Assembly: GCA_963665115.1 (NCBI GenBank)
Contig: OY762007.1
Coordinates: forward strand, 5,536,001 to 5,600,000
Direction: 5' to 3'
Source of the DNA: an uncultured Rivularia sp.
Lineage (GTDB): Bacteria > Cyanobacteriota > Cyanobacteriia > Cyanobacteriales > Nostocaceae
DNA length: 64,000 nt
Part shown: in pieces, positions 12,788 to 23,316 of the stretch
Numbering within the stretch: the stretch's first letter is position 1
How the letters are laid out: each line of letters opens with the position of its first letter
Position numbers and translations under genes: made by a program
The notes under the pieces: generated by a model
What the model was told of the DNA's origin: nothing
Seen by the model: only the letters and a program-made list of their open reading frames with translations
Database searches by the model: none

Positions 12788-13258
12788 ATGGCACGTTCGC
12801 GCTATAAATTTTTAGAAAAGCAGCCTCACTTCCTAACCTGTACGGTTGTGAATTGGCTACCGATATTTTCCCAACCGGAATTAGCACAGATAATTATATC
12901 ATCATTAGATTTCCTGCAAAATCATCAGCGTTTAAGCTTGCATGGCTACGTAATTATGGAAAACCATCTTCACCTAATCGCTTCAGCGGAAAATTTGTCC
13001 AAAGAAATTGCAGCTTTCAAATCATTTACTGCTCGTTCGATAATTGATTATTTAGAAGAAATGATATTTCCTTTGGTGCGTAAACCTGCTTCTACAGAAA
13101 TAATCTTAAATTTAGAAAAATTAAGCCAAGAAAATGAAGAAAGCTCAGATAGAAATAACTCAGATAGGGAAAGAGTGGCGAAAGAATCAGTTTCTACAGA
13201 CGATGGAAAGGATGAAGCGATTGAAGGAAATGTCTTACCCTTTGATAAAAGGCAGTGA
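12788..13258 (+). mobile_element. Truncated REP-associated tyrosine transposase (RAYT / Y1_Tnp, IS200/IS605 superfamily) fused to an unrelated acidic tail
   Basis: HFLTCTVVNWLPIF, GYVIMENHLHLI (HUH motif) and FKSFTAR. The homology stops near 13060, and the catalytic Y..NP helix is absent. Confidence 0.8.
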
Positions 13259-13347
13259 AATTAAAAAGAATTCTGCTGTTTCTACAAAAACTATATTTAA
13301 GATTTTGCAAAAGTAGATAGGTAATCATGGTGTAGAAAAGTGCTTAA

Positions 13348-13376
13348 AAACCCGGTTTCTTAAAGAAACCGGGTTT
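13348..13376. terminator. Perfect inverted repeat, probable bidirectional terminator or palindromic repeat
   Basis: aaacccggtttct-taa-agaaaccgggttt lies between convergent genes. Confidence 0.55.
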
Positions 13377-13443
13377 CTGAATTCTTCAACTCTAACTGTA
13401 CAGACGTAGCACTGCGCCCCGTCTCTACATAACTAACCACTAA

Positions 13444-14412
13444 CTATTCTCGTTTAATTTGATTAATTTCTCGCTGTAATTCTTCTATTTGTTGTTGTAA
13501 TTTATCAATTTCTTCGTTTTGACTTTGACTGTCTTTCGGTTTGACTTCAACTGCACTCTTGTCAGCTTCTTTCTGATAATTTCCTTGTTTAATTTCTCCA
13601 TATTCTTGAGATACAGCCCATTTTCTTAGAAAAGATACTCTTTCGACTGCAAAGGGATGACTGAGCATTACCCCTTGAGCGCCGTTATACATTAAAAATT
13701 TATACACTTGATTGAGTCCATCTTCGTCAAGTGCTTGATAATTTTCCGACTGACGAATAAATTCTTGTAAACTACATTCATTAGCATATTTATTGCTACC
13801 GCCGGAAATTTTCATCATCGAAGACATAACTGTTGTCAAGTCATCTGTAACCAATAATGCGGCTCTATCTGCTGTTAACTCGGCTTTGCGTCGCCATTCA
13901 AAAAAAGCATAAATCAAACCGCTGCTAACTATGTTACCAATCCCAAAAGTTAGTTCCCCGACAATAGAGGCAGCATTCATCGCCCACATCGCCATTTGAA
14001 TTAAAATAGTATGACCACACTTAATATGTCCTAGCTCGTGGGCTAACACAGACCTAATTTCGGCTTCGTTGAGTAAATCCAAAATTCCCGTGTTGATGAC
14101 GATGTAAGGATGCTCCTGTCCCAAAGCATAACTATTTGCCTTCGCGTTTTGCTCGACAAACAGTTTGGGTTCTGGATAAATATCCAAATCTCGCACGCAT
14201 TCCCGAAATATCTGATAAATAGTTGAATATTGTCGCGGCCCAACTTCAATGGTATTACCCATTAAATAAACTAATTGTGGACGTTCGTAGACAAATTCTA
14301 CAAATTTACGGGCAACAAAATCAAACCCTGGTAAACCTCTTAGGGCTTCTTCGGCTTGACGATCTAGGGGATGTCTAAAAGCCTCGCCCGAAATTCCTTT
14401 ATAAGTTGGCAT
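13444..14412 (-). CDS. M48 family zinc metallopeptidase (HtpX/Ste24-like)
   Basis: VLAHELGH (HEXXH), RKAELTADRA, SHP motif and a C-terminal coiled coil. Confidence 0.9.
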   Translation of the reverse strand: MPTYKGISGEAFRHPLDRQAEEALRGLPGFDFVARKFVEFVYERPQLVYLMGNTIEVGPRQYSTIYQIFRECVRDLDIYPEPKLFVEQNAKANSYALGQEHPYIVINTGILDLLNEAEIRSVLAHELGHIKCGHTILIQMAMWAMNAASIVGELTFGIGNIVSSGLIYAFFEWRRKAELTADRAALLVTDDLTTVMSSMMKISGGSNKYANECSLQEFIRQSENYQALDEDGLNQVYKFLMYNGAQGVMLSHPFAVERVSFLRKWAVSQEYGEIKQGNYQKEADKSAVEVKPKDSQSQNEEIDKLQQQIEELQREINQIKRE

Positions 14413-14660
14413 AATTGCAGAGTAATTAGCTATTTATTAGCAATTGGATTGGATGGTGTATCTGTGCCGCGCTACGTTACATAATTTGTAATTGTCGATT
14501 AACCTGTATTTAAAAAGTGTTTAATCGTCTGTAGTGTAACAATTCGGTACTAAATGCTGCCGCCCTAAAACTAACAAAATAATATAAATGTAAGTCAGAA
14601 CTGTTTAAAATTCCGGGGTTAAAGAATTAACTTTCATATTTAACTAAAAACTTACTATGT

Positions 14661-16235
14661 ATGGGATTATTGCGCGTGATTGAAGCAGAAGTTCATTTAT
14701 CACTACATAACTTCCTGCGATCGCAGGCAGGTTTTCCTTCTTGGCCGCATCATTTGACGATGGCGCGGTTGGTAGCACGAGCCTTGAGGGTGGGACGTAG
14801 CGCCTTAATTCAAGTGGGAGCGGCTTGTGGTTATCAAGGACAGTATCGTACTAGTTTTGTGGCTTCGGCTTTAATGTGGCATGGGGCTGTAATTATTGTG
14901 GCAAATCAAGCAGTACAGCAACGTTTGTTACAAGTGGAAATTCCCAGACTGCAAAAGTGGTTAAAAGTCAATAAATCCATAATAGTTGCCGATACTTTTC
15001 CGTCTGCTGATTTCGAGGGCATTCTCATGGTGTCTCCCCAAGCTTGGTTAGAAGCGCAGTTGAGTTCTACCTCAAAGTTCCCTCCAAATATTCCTACAAT
15101 TATTGACGGTGTAGATGATTTAGAAGATTGGATACGCAAACAGCTAACTGTTAGTATTGATTCTTATGATTGGGAACAGTTAATGTTGGCTTGCCCTGCG
15201 TTTGCTGAAGAAATTCGCACTTGCCGGGTGCAGTTAACGCATGAAATCTTTCAACATCCCGCGAATCCCTATGAATGTTACTTAATATCGGAACCAGAAG
15301 AAGAAATTTTATGCCGGACTTATTCCAGTCTAGATTTAAATAGCCTTCCCGAATCTTGGAAAAAGTTTTGGCAATTATTTAGAACCAGACATGAAACTTT
15401 TTCCCCTGCCAAATCTTCGACTTCTCCTGCTTTACTTTGGGCTACTGTTAATCGCCGTCAAGGTTTATTTTCTCTACATTGCGCCCCAATTGAATTAGCA
15501 AAAATTCTCTCGCCGATTTGGCAGCGACAACCCGTTGTGTTAATTGGTTCTGCTTTAGAACCAGATACTGAAGCTACATTGTTTCGTCAACGTTTGGGAT
15601 TGGGCGATTTGACTTGCTTAAAGTTTTCTTCGGATAATCAAACTCAAGCCATTCAACTTTACATACCCAATAAACTACCTTTACCTAATACTCCGGAATT
15701 TAAACCCGTTTTTATTCATCAAGTTCGTCAGATGGTATGTTTGAGTGCAACATCACCTGGTTTAACCGTAATTTTAGTAGGAGACGTACCTTTAAAGGCT
15801 CAGCTAGGAGCAATTTTGGCTTCTGAATTTGGTTCGCGAGTACAGGTAGATAAGACTTGTTTGGATGAAAATGGTATTTTAGTCTGCGGCTGGGAATTTT
15901 GGCGCGAAAATCAACGAGTTTTACCATCGCCGCAAATGTTAATTATTTCTACTTTACCCCTACCGTCTTTAGAAGATCCATTGGTTGCTGGTAGAGTTGC
16001 TCATTACAAGCATTCCCATCAAGATTGGTTCCGCTTATATTTATTGCCTACAGCACTAAATGAATTACAGCGAGCTGTAGCCCCAGCCAGGGATTCAAGT
16101 AGCGTAGTGGCTATACTTGATAGTCGAGTAATTTACCGCAGCTACGGCGCTCAAGTTCTAGCAGCCCTAAGCCCTCTTTCACGGATAAATTATTTAGATC
16201 CAAGTTTGTTTTCTACGTCTGAAGAAGAATCTTGA
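14661..16235 (+). CDS. DinG-family helicase C-terminal domain protein (cyanobacterial, probably catalytically degenerate)
   Basis: C-terminal LIISTLPLPSLEDP, LQRAVAP and VAILDSRV...YG match Helicase_C_2. The Walker A and DEAH motifs are degenerate. The start may be GTG at 14676. Confidence 0.75.
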   Translation: MGLLRVIEAEVHLSLHNFLRSQAGFPSWPHHLTMARLVARALRVGRSALIQVGAACGYQGQYRTSFVASALMWHGAVIIVANQAVQQRLLQVEIPRLQKWLKVNKSIIVADTFPSADFEGILMVSPQAWLEAQLSSTSKFPPNIPTIIDGVDDLEDWIRKQLTVSIDSYDWEQLMLACPAFAEEIRTCRVQLTHEIFQHPANPYECYLISEPEEEILCRTYSSLDLNSLPESWKKFWQLFRTRHETFSPAKSSTSPALLWATVNRRQGLFSLHCAPIELAKILSPIWQRQPVVLIGSALEPDTEATLFRQRLGLGDLTCLKFSSDNQTQAIQLYIPNKLPLPNTPEFKPVFIHQVRQMVCLSATSPGLTVILVGDVPLKAQLGAILASEFGSRVQVDKTCLDENGILVCGWEFWRENQRVLPSPQMLIISTLPLPSLEDPLVAGRVAHYKHSHQDWFRLYLLPTALNELQRAVAPARDSSSVVAILDSRVIYRSYGAQVLAALSPLSRINYLDPSLFSTSEEES

Positions 16236-16412
16236 ATCAATTTTCAATTACCAATTATCAGTAAGAAAAATTGCCCTCTTATAAGGGCTTGTAACAATTA
16301 TTTACTGTTATGAAAGCACAATCGTCTTTTTGCCCTACTCCCTCTTATACCGATTATTAATTGTATGAGCTTACCGCGCCGAGCTACGCTAACATTGATA
16401 ATTGTTAATTGA

Positions 16413-16619
16413 TTAATAAGCTAGGGTTTCTAAAGTTTCCCTCAAATATCGCTGTACTTGCTCATCTAACATTATTTGTCCAAAAGCATCGTCAGATTGC
16501 ATTCGTTCCATCTGCCAACGTTGAAAACCAGAACTAATGGCGATCGCCTGCTTCAAATTATTCCAAATGTCAGTATCGCCTTTTAAGTTGCCATCGCTTT
16601 TGACTGTGAAACTATTCAT
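16413..16619 (-). CDS. Small conserved cyanobacterial hypothetical protein
   Basis: IWNNLKQAIAISSGFQRW...YLRETLETLAY, a pattern recalled from cyanobacterial small proteins. Confidence 0.7.
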   Translation of the reverse strand: MNSFTVKSDGNLKGDTDIWNNLKQAIAISSGFQRWQMERMQSDDAFGQIMLDEQVQRYLRETLETLAY

Positions 16620-17141
16620 AATGACTTAATCCTCTATTTAACTTTTATTTAGCTTTTTTAATTCGTGCAGAATATATTTTGATTTATTTACGTTTATTTG
16701 CTGATGTTCTGAACTATACTTCAATATATTCGCTATACCGTCTCTTAATGTCAAATAACAAATTTGTTATCTTGATATTTTAAAGTTATGTTTATCTGCA
16801 CTACAGGAAAAGTAGGCAGAAATTAAATTCCGGTTTGATCCCATACTTTTTCAAAGTAGTGCTTCGCTTGCGGACATTTCTGTTGTCCTTGTTACTAAAA
16901 CAAATATTTTTTCCATAAATTTTACGGTCTTTTTCCCTACTCCCTACTCGCTGATAACCAATCTTTTTAAACCACATACCTAATAAAAAATATGTAGAGA
17001 TCGAAACAAAGTCTAAAATCTCTACATATCTTAATTTGGATAAATTTGTACTGGCGTAAGGACTTTTATAGGCTAAGGCAACGGGGGGTAATAAATACCT
17101 ACGTTGCCTAGCTCGACTGTTATGACACCGTTGTCTACTCA

Positions 17142-20100
17142 CTATCTTGCCATTGCAAGAGTGCGACGTTTAGTCACCATTTGATAACCTTCAATCACAT
17201 CACCATCTTCCCAACTATTGAATTTATCAACGCCAATACCACATTCATAACCGGAGTTAACTTCGCGCACGTCTTCTTTCATCCGCTTGAGCGAATCAAG
17301 GGCACCTTCAAATACTGTGTTGTTACCACGACGTACTCTTACTTTACAGTTACGAAGCAGCTTGCCAGATTGAATGTAGCAACCAGCAACAGCGCCGCCG
17401 CCCACTTTGAAGACTGCACGTACTTCTGCTTGTCCTAAATGTTCTTCGACTAATTCTGGCTCCAGCAAACCTTCCAATGCATCTTGGATGTCTTCTAAGA
17501 GTTTGTAGATGATGTTGTATTCTCGTACATCTACACCAGCTTCATCTGCTGCTTGTCTTGCACCACTAGCAAATGTGGTATTAAAGCCGATAATTACGGC
17601 ACCACTGGCTGCTGCAAGGTCAATATCTGTTTGGGTAATCTCTCCCGGAGCAGATAGCAACATCCGAATGTGTATTTCGTTTTGCGGAATTTGTTTGAGC
17701 GAACCCAAAATAGCTTCCACCGAACCCTGTACGTCTGCTTTCAAGATTAAGTTGAGTTCTTTTAACTCGCCTTCTTGTGCTTGTGCTGAAATACTTGTCA
17801 AAGTTACGCGGCCCTCCCTGCATTAAGCGGGATTGACGTATTACCTCGGCTCGTTCGTTGGCAAGTAACCGTGCTTCTTTCTCGTTCGTGAAGACTTCAA
17901 AATCATCTCCTGCAAACGGTACGTCATTTAAGCCCAATACCTCTACAGCAAAAGATGGACTCGCAATGTCTACCCGATCGCCTCTGTCATCAACCATTGC
18001 TCTGACTTTTCCGAAGACGGAACCAGCTACTAAGATATCTCCTACACGTAAGGTACCGTTCTGAATCAACAAGGTTGCAACTGCGCCTTTTGCTTTATCC
18101 AAATGAGCTTCGATGACGGTTCCTTTCGCCGAACGCTCTGGGTTGGCTTGGAGGTCTTCAACTTCCGAAACCAGCACAATCATCTCTAAAAGCGTATCTA
18201 GATTTTCTCCTTTAATGGCGCTGACGGGAACCATAATTGTGTCGCCACCCCATTCTTCTGATGTCAAACCATATTGAATTAGTTCTTGTTTGACTCTATC
18301 TGGCTGTGCGGCTTCTTTGTCAATTTTGTTGATTGCGACAATGATCGGCACTTCCGCAGCTTGAGCGTGCTTAATTGCTTCAATTGTCTGAGGACGAACG
18401 CCGTCATCTGCTGCCACTACCAATATGGCAATGTCAGTTACCCGCGCTCCTCTAGCCCGCATTGCGGTGAATGCTTCGTGGCCGGGAGTATCTAAGAAGA
18501 CAATCTGCTGTTCTTTACCCTCATGTTCTATATCTACGTGGTAAGCGCCGATATGCTGAGTAATACCTCCTGCTTCTCCGGAAGCAACCTTACTTTTACG
18601 AATCGAGTCGAGTAAAGTTGTTTTACCGTGGTCTACGTGACCCATTATGGTTACTACAGGTGGACGAATAAGATTTCCCGTATCTTCCAAGTCGAACATT
18701 TCCGTAACTTTACGGGCTTCTGCTACTGGCTCTGGAGTATCAGTTAATACTTCTAATTCTTCAGCCACCATGAGGACTGTTGAAGTATCAAGACTTTGGG
18801 TAATACTAACCGCAATACCCTTCATGAACAAGATTTTAACAATTTCCGTATCTGGCATTGCCAAAGCGTCTGCCAATTCTTGTACGGTCATTGGACCGCT
18901 AACGGTGATGATCTCAGGCCGCTGACGTTTCGGTTCTGTTTCTGTATTGTTATTGTTGTTGCCGCCGCCACCACCGCGCCGACGATTTTGGTCGCGAGAA
19001 CCGGATTTTTTGATTTTGCTTGGTGCAGCAGGTGTTGGTGCTGCTGTTGGCTTGGAACTTTTCGGTTTGGGAGGACGAACTATAGCATTGCTAACTGCTG
19101 CTTTAATCGTATCGCCTGCTTCGTCATCGTCAAGTAGGTCTACCTCAAAATCGTCTTCAGCAGCCATTGGCTTGAGACGCTTATTCTTCGGAGCCTTAGC
19201 TGCTTTAGCTGCTTCCTTGGCTTCGTCAATAGCCTCTTCTTGCTTGGAGCGCTTTTTCTGACCTCTAGGTAAGCGAGGTGGGGTTGGACGCTTGAGTTCA
19301 ACCACTTCATCAACAACATCATCATCTTGATTCTCATCAACATCAGTTGAATCCCCGCCGCCAGCTGCGGGTTTTGCCGGTCGGGAAGGTGGTCTAAGTG
19401 GTGTTGATACGCTTGGGGGCGCTGATGAATCTTGACGTGCTTGCTTCCTCGGACGACCAACATCTGAAGGGCTTCCACCAGGTGAAGCTTTTTTCGGCTT
19501 TTGCGGTTTTTCTGTTTTCGATACTGGTGGGGCCGTCGTCGGACGCGCCGTTTTCGAGACTGGTGCGTCTGCCGATACGTTTGCTGGTACGTTTGATTGT
19601 TCAACTTGACCCGCAGGCTTACGACCTTGCGGTTTTGATTGAGAGCGATCGCGCTTGAGGACTGGTTTTACGACAGCGCGATTATCTAAACCGGAATTTG
19701 GCTTTGCTGCCGCAGGTCTAGCTGGCGGCGCAGTTAATTCGGGTGCGTTTGGTCTTTCCGGTTTGGATTTTGGAACTAGTTTTTCTTGTTTGCTCAAAGC
19801 TGTTTTATTTGATTCTGAGGAGGGGGTGGATACTGAATCATCCGTATTTACAACGGATTCAGAGTTATTTAGAGAGCGCGAGGGCTGCGAAGGGGAGATG
19901 GGTGCAGTTGGTGCCACTGTTTCTATCGGCGAGACTGAAGAATTATTTGATTGGGAAAGCACACCATCGGTAGATGCACTGTGTTGATTTTCTAAATCAT
20001 TTTGTGGTGGCTTCAAAGTAGAGTCAGCAATATTGGAATTTTTCGATGGCTTTGGTTTGCTACGAATTTCCAATATTTGTGGTTTCCTGGGTGCAGAAAC

Positions 20101-20319
20101 ACCATTGCCAGAACCCTTACTATTTGTACCATGTTTGGACAACCCCAAAGCCGTTATTTTTTCGGCTTGCGAGCGAATACGTTCTGCATCTGATTCTGTA
20201 ATAGTACTACTATGACTTTTTACCGCGATATTGAGCTGATCGCAAATTGCTAATAGCTCTTTATTTTCCAAATTCAATTCCTTTGATAATTCGTAAATTC
20301 TCACTTTGCCGTTGTTCAT
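17142..20319 (-). CDS. infB: Translation initiation factor IF-2, with an apparent +1 frameshift near 17810-17818
   Basis: [12 protein letters not shown]-terminus, [32 protein letters not shown] and [11 protein letters not shown]. It lies downstream of nusA/ylxR. Confidence 0.97.
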
Positions 20320-20801
20320 CCACTCTTCCCCTATAATTTACAGTTTTAACGGATGGTTGCCAGCTGTTGCGACATCTCCATCCTTTGTTTACTGTGTAAT
20401 GGTTGCCATTTTCAATTTGAAAAGGTTCCTCCGCTCGAAAGGAAAGAGAGATGCGATTGTTAGGAAGCTGGCAACTCCAAGCCTGTCGCCATATTGGTTA
20501 ACGCTTAAATGCGCCAAAAAGGGCTTTAGCAAGTGCCAATATTTAATTTTTTGTTTTGCCGATGTTTTTGTTGGGTTTAACACATGAAAGCCTACAATGA
20601 CTAAGTTTTGCAAGTGCCCCCCTAGCTGAAAAGAGCCATGTGTCAATATTCGTTTATAATGCCAGCCAAAACACAAACCTGACTAAAAGACGATGTTACA
20701 ACCATGTTTAGCCGGATATAGCCGCCCGACTGTAATCGCTTGTTTGCCGAAAGTACCTCCTAATAAGACAGCAGGATAAGTGAAAAAGCTATTGTAGGGT
20801 A

Positions 20802-21053
20802 TTATTCTTGAGATAATCGCTGCCACAATGTGGTGTACAGTGTTTCTGGCACTGATGCACGTAATCCCCGTCCTAACTTATTTTTTTTTTGAGCAAGACT
20901 AAGGCAACTCTCGCTCGGACAAATATAGGCTGAACGCCCCATACCCCGATCTAATTGTACCTTTCCTGAAGGAAAGACGCGGACAATCCGCCAAAACTCA
21001 TCTTTTAAACTGACTTTTCGGCAACTAATACAACGCCTCCAATTTGGTTTCAT
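20802..21053 (-). CDS. ylxR: YlxR/RnpM (DUF448) family protein
   Basis: RRCISCRK and GRSAYICP motifs, located between nusA and infB. Confidence 0.9.
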   Translation of the reverse strand: MKPNWRRCISCRKVSLKDEFWRIVRVFPSGKVQLDRGMGRSAYICPSESCLSLAQKKNKLGRGLRASVPETLYTTLWQRLSQE

Positions 21054-21097
21054 TTTAACTAACTATTTAGTTTCAACTATTAATTCGTAAATTACTA

Positions 21098-22483
21098 CTA
21101 ATAAATTGATTGATTCTCGGACTCAAATTCCTCCTGAATTTCCTCATATGAAGTTTTTGGTAATGCTGAATTAACTTGTTGATTCTGAGAATCTAACTTA
21201 TCGGATTGTAATCTCTCGGCATCAAGTTTTTCTAATTCTTCAAGTTTTTCTAATTCTTCAAGTTCTTCTGATTCGTTAAGTTCTACTGCGTGTTGCGCCC
21301 TTGCTGCGGCAAATTTTGTATCTTCTGCTTCAAAATCGTACTTCGCTTTATCTTTGATATCTATTTTCCAGCCTGTAAGTCTAGCAGCTAAACGAACGTT
21401 TTGCCCTTCTTTACCGATGGCTAAACTTAATTGGTCTTCAGCTACAAGTACGTGAGTTTGTCTGGTTTCTGGGTCCATAAGACGAACATCGTCTACTCGG
21501 GCGGGACTCAAAGCGTTGGCAATATAGGTTGCTGGATCTGGGGACCAGCGAATCACGTCAATTTTTTCACCGCGCAATTCATTTACTACTACTTGAATTC
21601 TAGAACCTCGCGCTCCAATACAGGCACCAACTGGGTCTACATCCCTGTCTAAGGTATCTACAGCTATTTTTGTTCTTGGCCCAACGTAAGAAGATGGAGG
21701 GTTGGCTTCACGAGCAACGGCAACAATTCGTACAACTTCATCTTCGATTTCCGGTACTTCGTTGGCGAACAGGTACACAACTAAACCGGCATCAGCCCTA
21801 GAAACCAGCAATTGTGGTCCTCGTTGTTGACCCCGCGAGACTTTTTTCAGATACACTCGGAAAGTTGCACCAATACGGTAATTGTCGTTAGGCAGCTGTT
21901 CGCGTTTGGGTAATTCCGCTTCTACTTCCGGCTGACCAAAACCGCTATTTACGGCCATAATTACCGATTGTCTTTCAAAGCGTAGCACTCTTGCTTGCAG
22001 TACTGTTGCTTCTAAATCTTGGAACTCTTCCTGAATTAATTGTCGCTGCTGATCCCGTAGTTTCTGCGATAGCACTTGCTTGGTTTGCATCGCTGCCATG
22101 CGACCAAATTCTTTTTTGTCGGGAGTTACATCTACAACTACTTCTTGTCCCACCAGTTGCCCTGCATCATCGCCAAATTCTTCTACTTCTTTAATAACGT
22201 CTTTAAGCGCAATTTGATGGTCGGTATTTGTGACTTCTTCAACTATAGTTTTAGTCGAAACAACGCGAAATCCTTCATCTTCAATATCAAGTTCTACTTC
22301 AAAGTTTTCAAAGTAATCTTCATCAAATTGTTTGCGGTCTAAATTTTGAGCGCGACGATAACGTTCGTAGCCTTTAAGTAGTGCTTCTCTGATTGCCGAT
22401 TGCACTGCCAGACGCGGTAAATTTCGCTCTCGACTTATACTTTCAATTAATTCTTTTAATCCAAGTAATTTAAGCATTGACAT
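21098..22483 (-). CDS. nusA: Transcription termination/antitermination factor NusA
   Basis: [12 protein letters not shown]1 and KH domains, [14 protein letters not shown] and [23 protein letters not shown]. Confidence 0.97.
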   Translation of the reverse strand: MSMLKLLGLKELIESISRERNLPRLAVQSAIREALLKGYERYRRAQNLDRKQFDEDYFENFEVELDIEDEGFRVVSTKTIVEEVTNTDHQIALKDVIKEVEEFGDDAGQLVGQEVVVDVTPDKKEFGRMAAMQTKQVLSQKLRDQQRQLIQEEFQDLEATVLQARVLRFERQSVIMAVNSGFGQPEVEAELPKREQLPNDNYRIGATFRVYLKKVSRGQQRGPQLLVSRADAGLVVYLFANEVPEIEDEVVRIVAVAREANPPSSYVGPRTKIAVDTLDRDVDPVGACIGARGSRIQVVVNELRGEKIDVIRWSPDPATYIANALSPARVDDVRLMDPETRQTHVLVAEDQLSLAIGKEGQNVRLAARLTGWKIDIKDKAKYDFEAEDTKFAAARAQHAVELNESEELEELEKLEELEKLDAERLQSDKLDSQNQQVNSALPKTSYEEIQEEFESENQSIY

Positions 22484-22702
22484 AAGCTATCTCCTTTAAA
22501 AATCGCAACAGATAACATCCTATTTAAAGACGAAAAATAAGCGGTGCGCGAAACCACACGGCTGATTGCTAGAAAGTAACGGTCAATTGTTTATTAATTG
22601 AACAATGAAACGATTACCATTAATACGAAGGCCCTCTTAGCAAAAAACCGCTCTTCTTCACCAAGCGTAAAAAGCAGTCCTAATTAGAATTAGTCTCCCT
22701 AT

Positions 22703-23167
22703 TTAATCGCGTTCTTCGTCTAATAGCACGCTAATAATATTTGAACGCTTAATTTCGATTACACGACCCTTTTTATTCAAGTAAACGCTTTTTTCATCCC
22801 GGCGAACTAGTTTACCATTCAGCTCAGAGTGTCCTTGATGGGGTGAAGAAGTACAAACCTTAATCGGGAATCCTTTAAAACTATTGAATTCCCGATCAGT
22901 CTGCAATTGCTGGGAAATACCGGGACTAGACACTTCCAATACATAGGCATCCGGAATAATTGACGCTGCATCCAAACTTGCTTCTAAATTACGGCTCATG
23001 CGCTCGCAATCATTCAAACTAGTATCCTGAAGAGGATTACGGATGTCTACTCGCAATATTGGTGGACTTTGATTAGTGTGAAAAACCACTTTCACGACCT
23101 CTAGTTCAAGGTCTTCTGCTACTGGTGCTGCTAAGTCAAGGATTTCCGGAACTAAAGGATGAGTCAT
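22703..23167 (-). CDS. rimP: Ribosome maturation factor RimP
   Basis: DCERMSR and YVLEVSSPGI motifs. First gene of the nusA operon. Confidence 0.95.
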   Translation of the reverse strand: MTHPLVPEILDLAAPVAEDLELEVVKVVFHTNQSPPILRVDIRNPLQDTSLNDCERMSRNLEASLDAASIIPDAYVLEVSSPGISQQLQTDREFNSFKGFPIKVCTSSPHQGHSELNGKLVRRDEKSVYLNKKGRVIEIKRSNIISVLLDEERD

Positions 23168-23180
23168 GTGGCAATTCCAA

Positions 23181-23206
23181 CAAAAAAAGTGGGCTATAAC
23201 CCACTC
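23181..23206 (-). promoter_or_regulatory. rimP leader terminator-like hairpin
   Basis: On the minus strand AGTGGGTTATAGCCCACT is followed by TTTTTTG, about 15 nt before the rimP start. Confidence 0.65.
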
Positions 23207-23316
23207 CCTGCGATAAGTATATCTTCCAAGAAGTCTTACAACGAACCGTAAGAAAGTTCGTCCTTAATCTGAGTTTAGCGCATTTTTTCAAAATGCTTGC
23301 AGCAAAAAATGGACAA

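Noticed and set aside
16801..17142. 113-aa ORF downstream of infB
   Set aside because: It has no recognisable motifs and includes repeat-like sequence, so it is probably non-coding.
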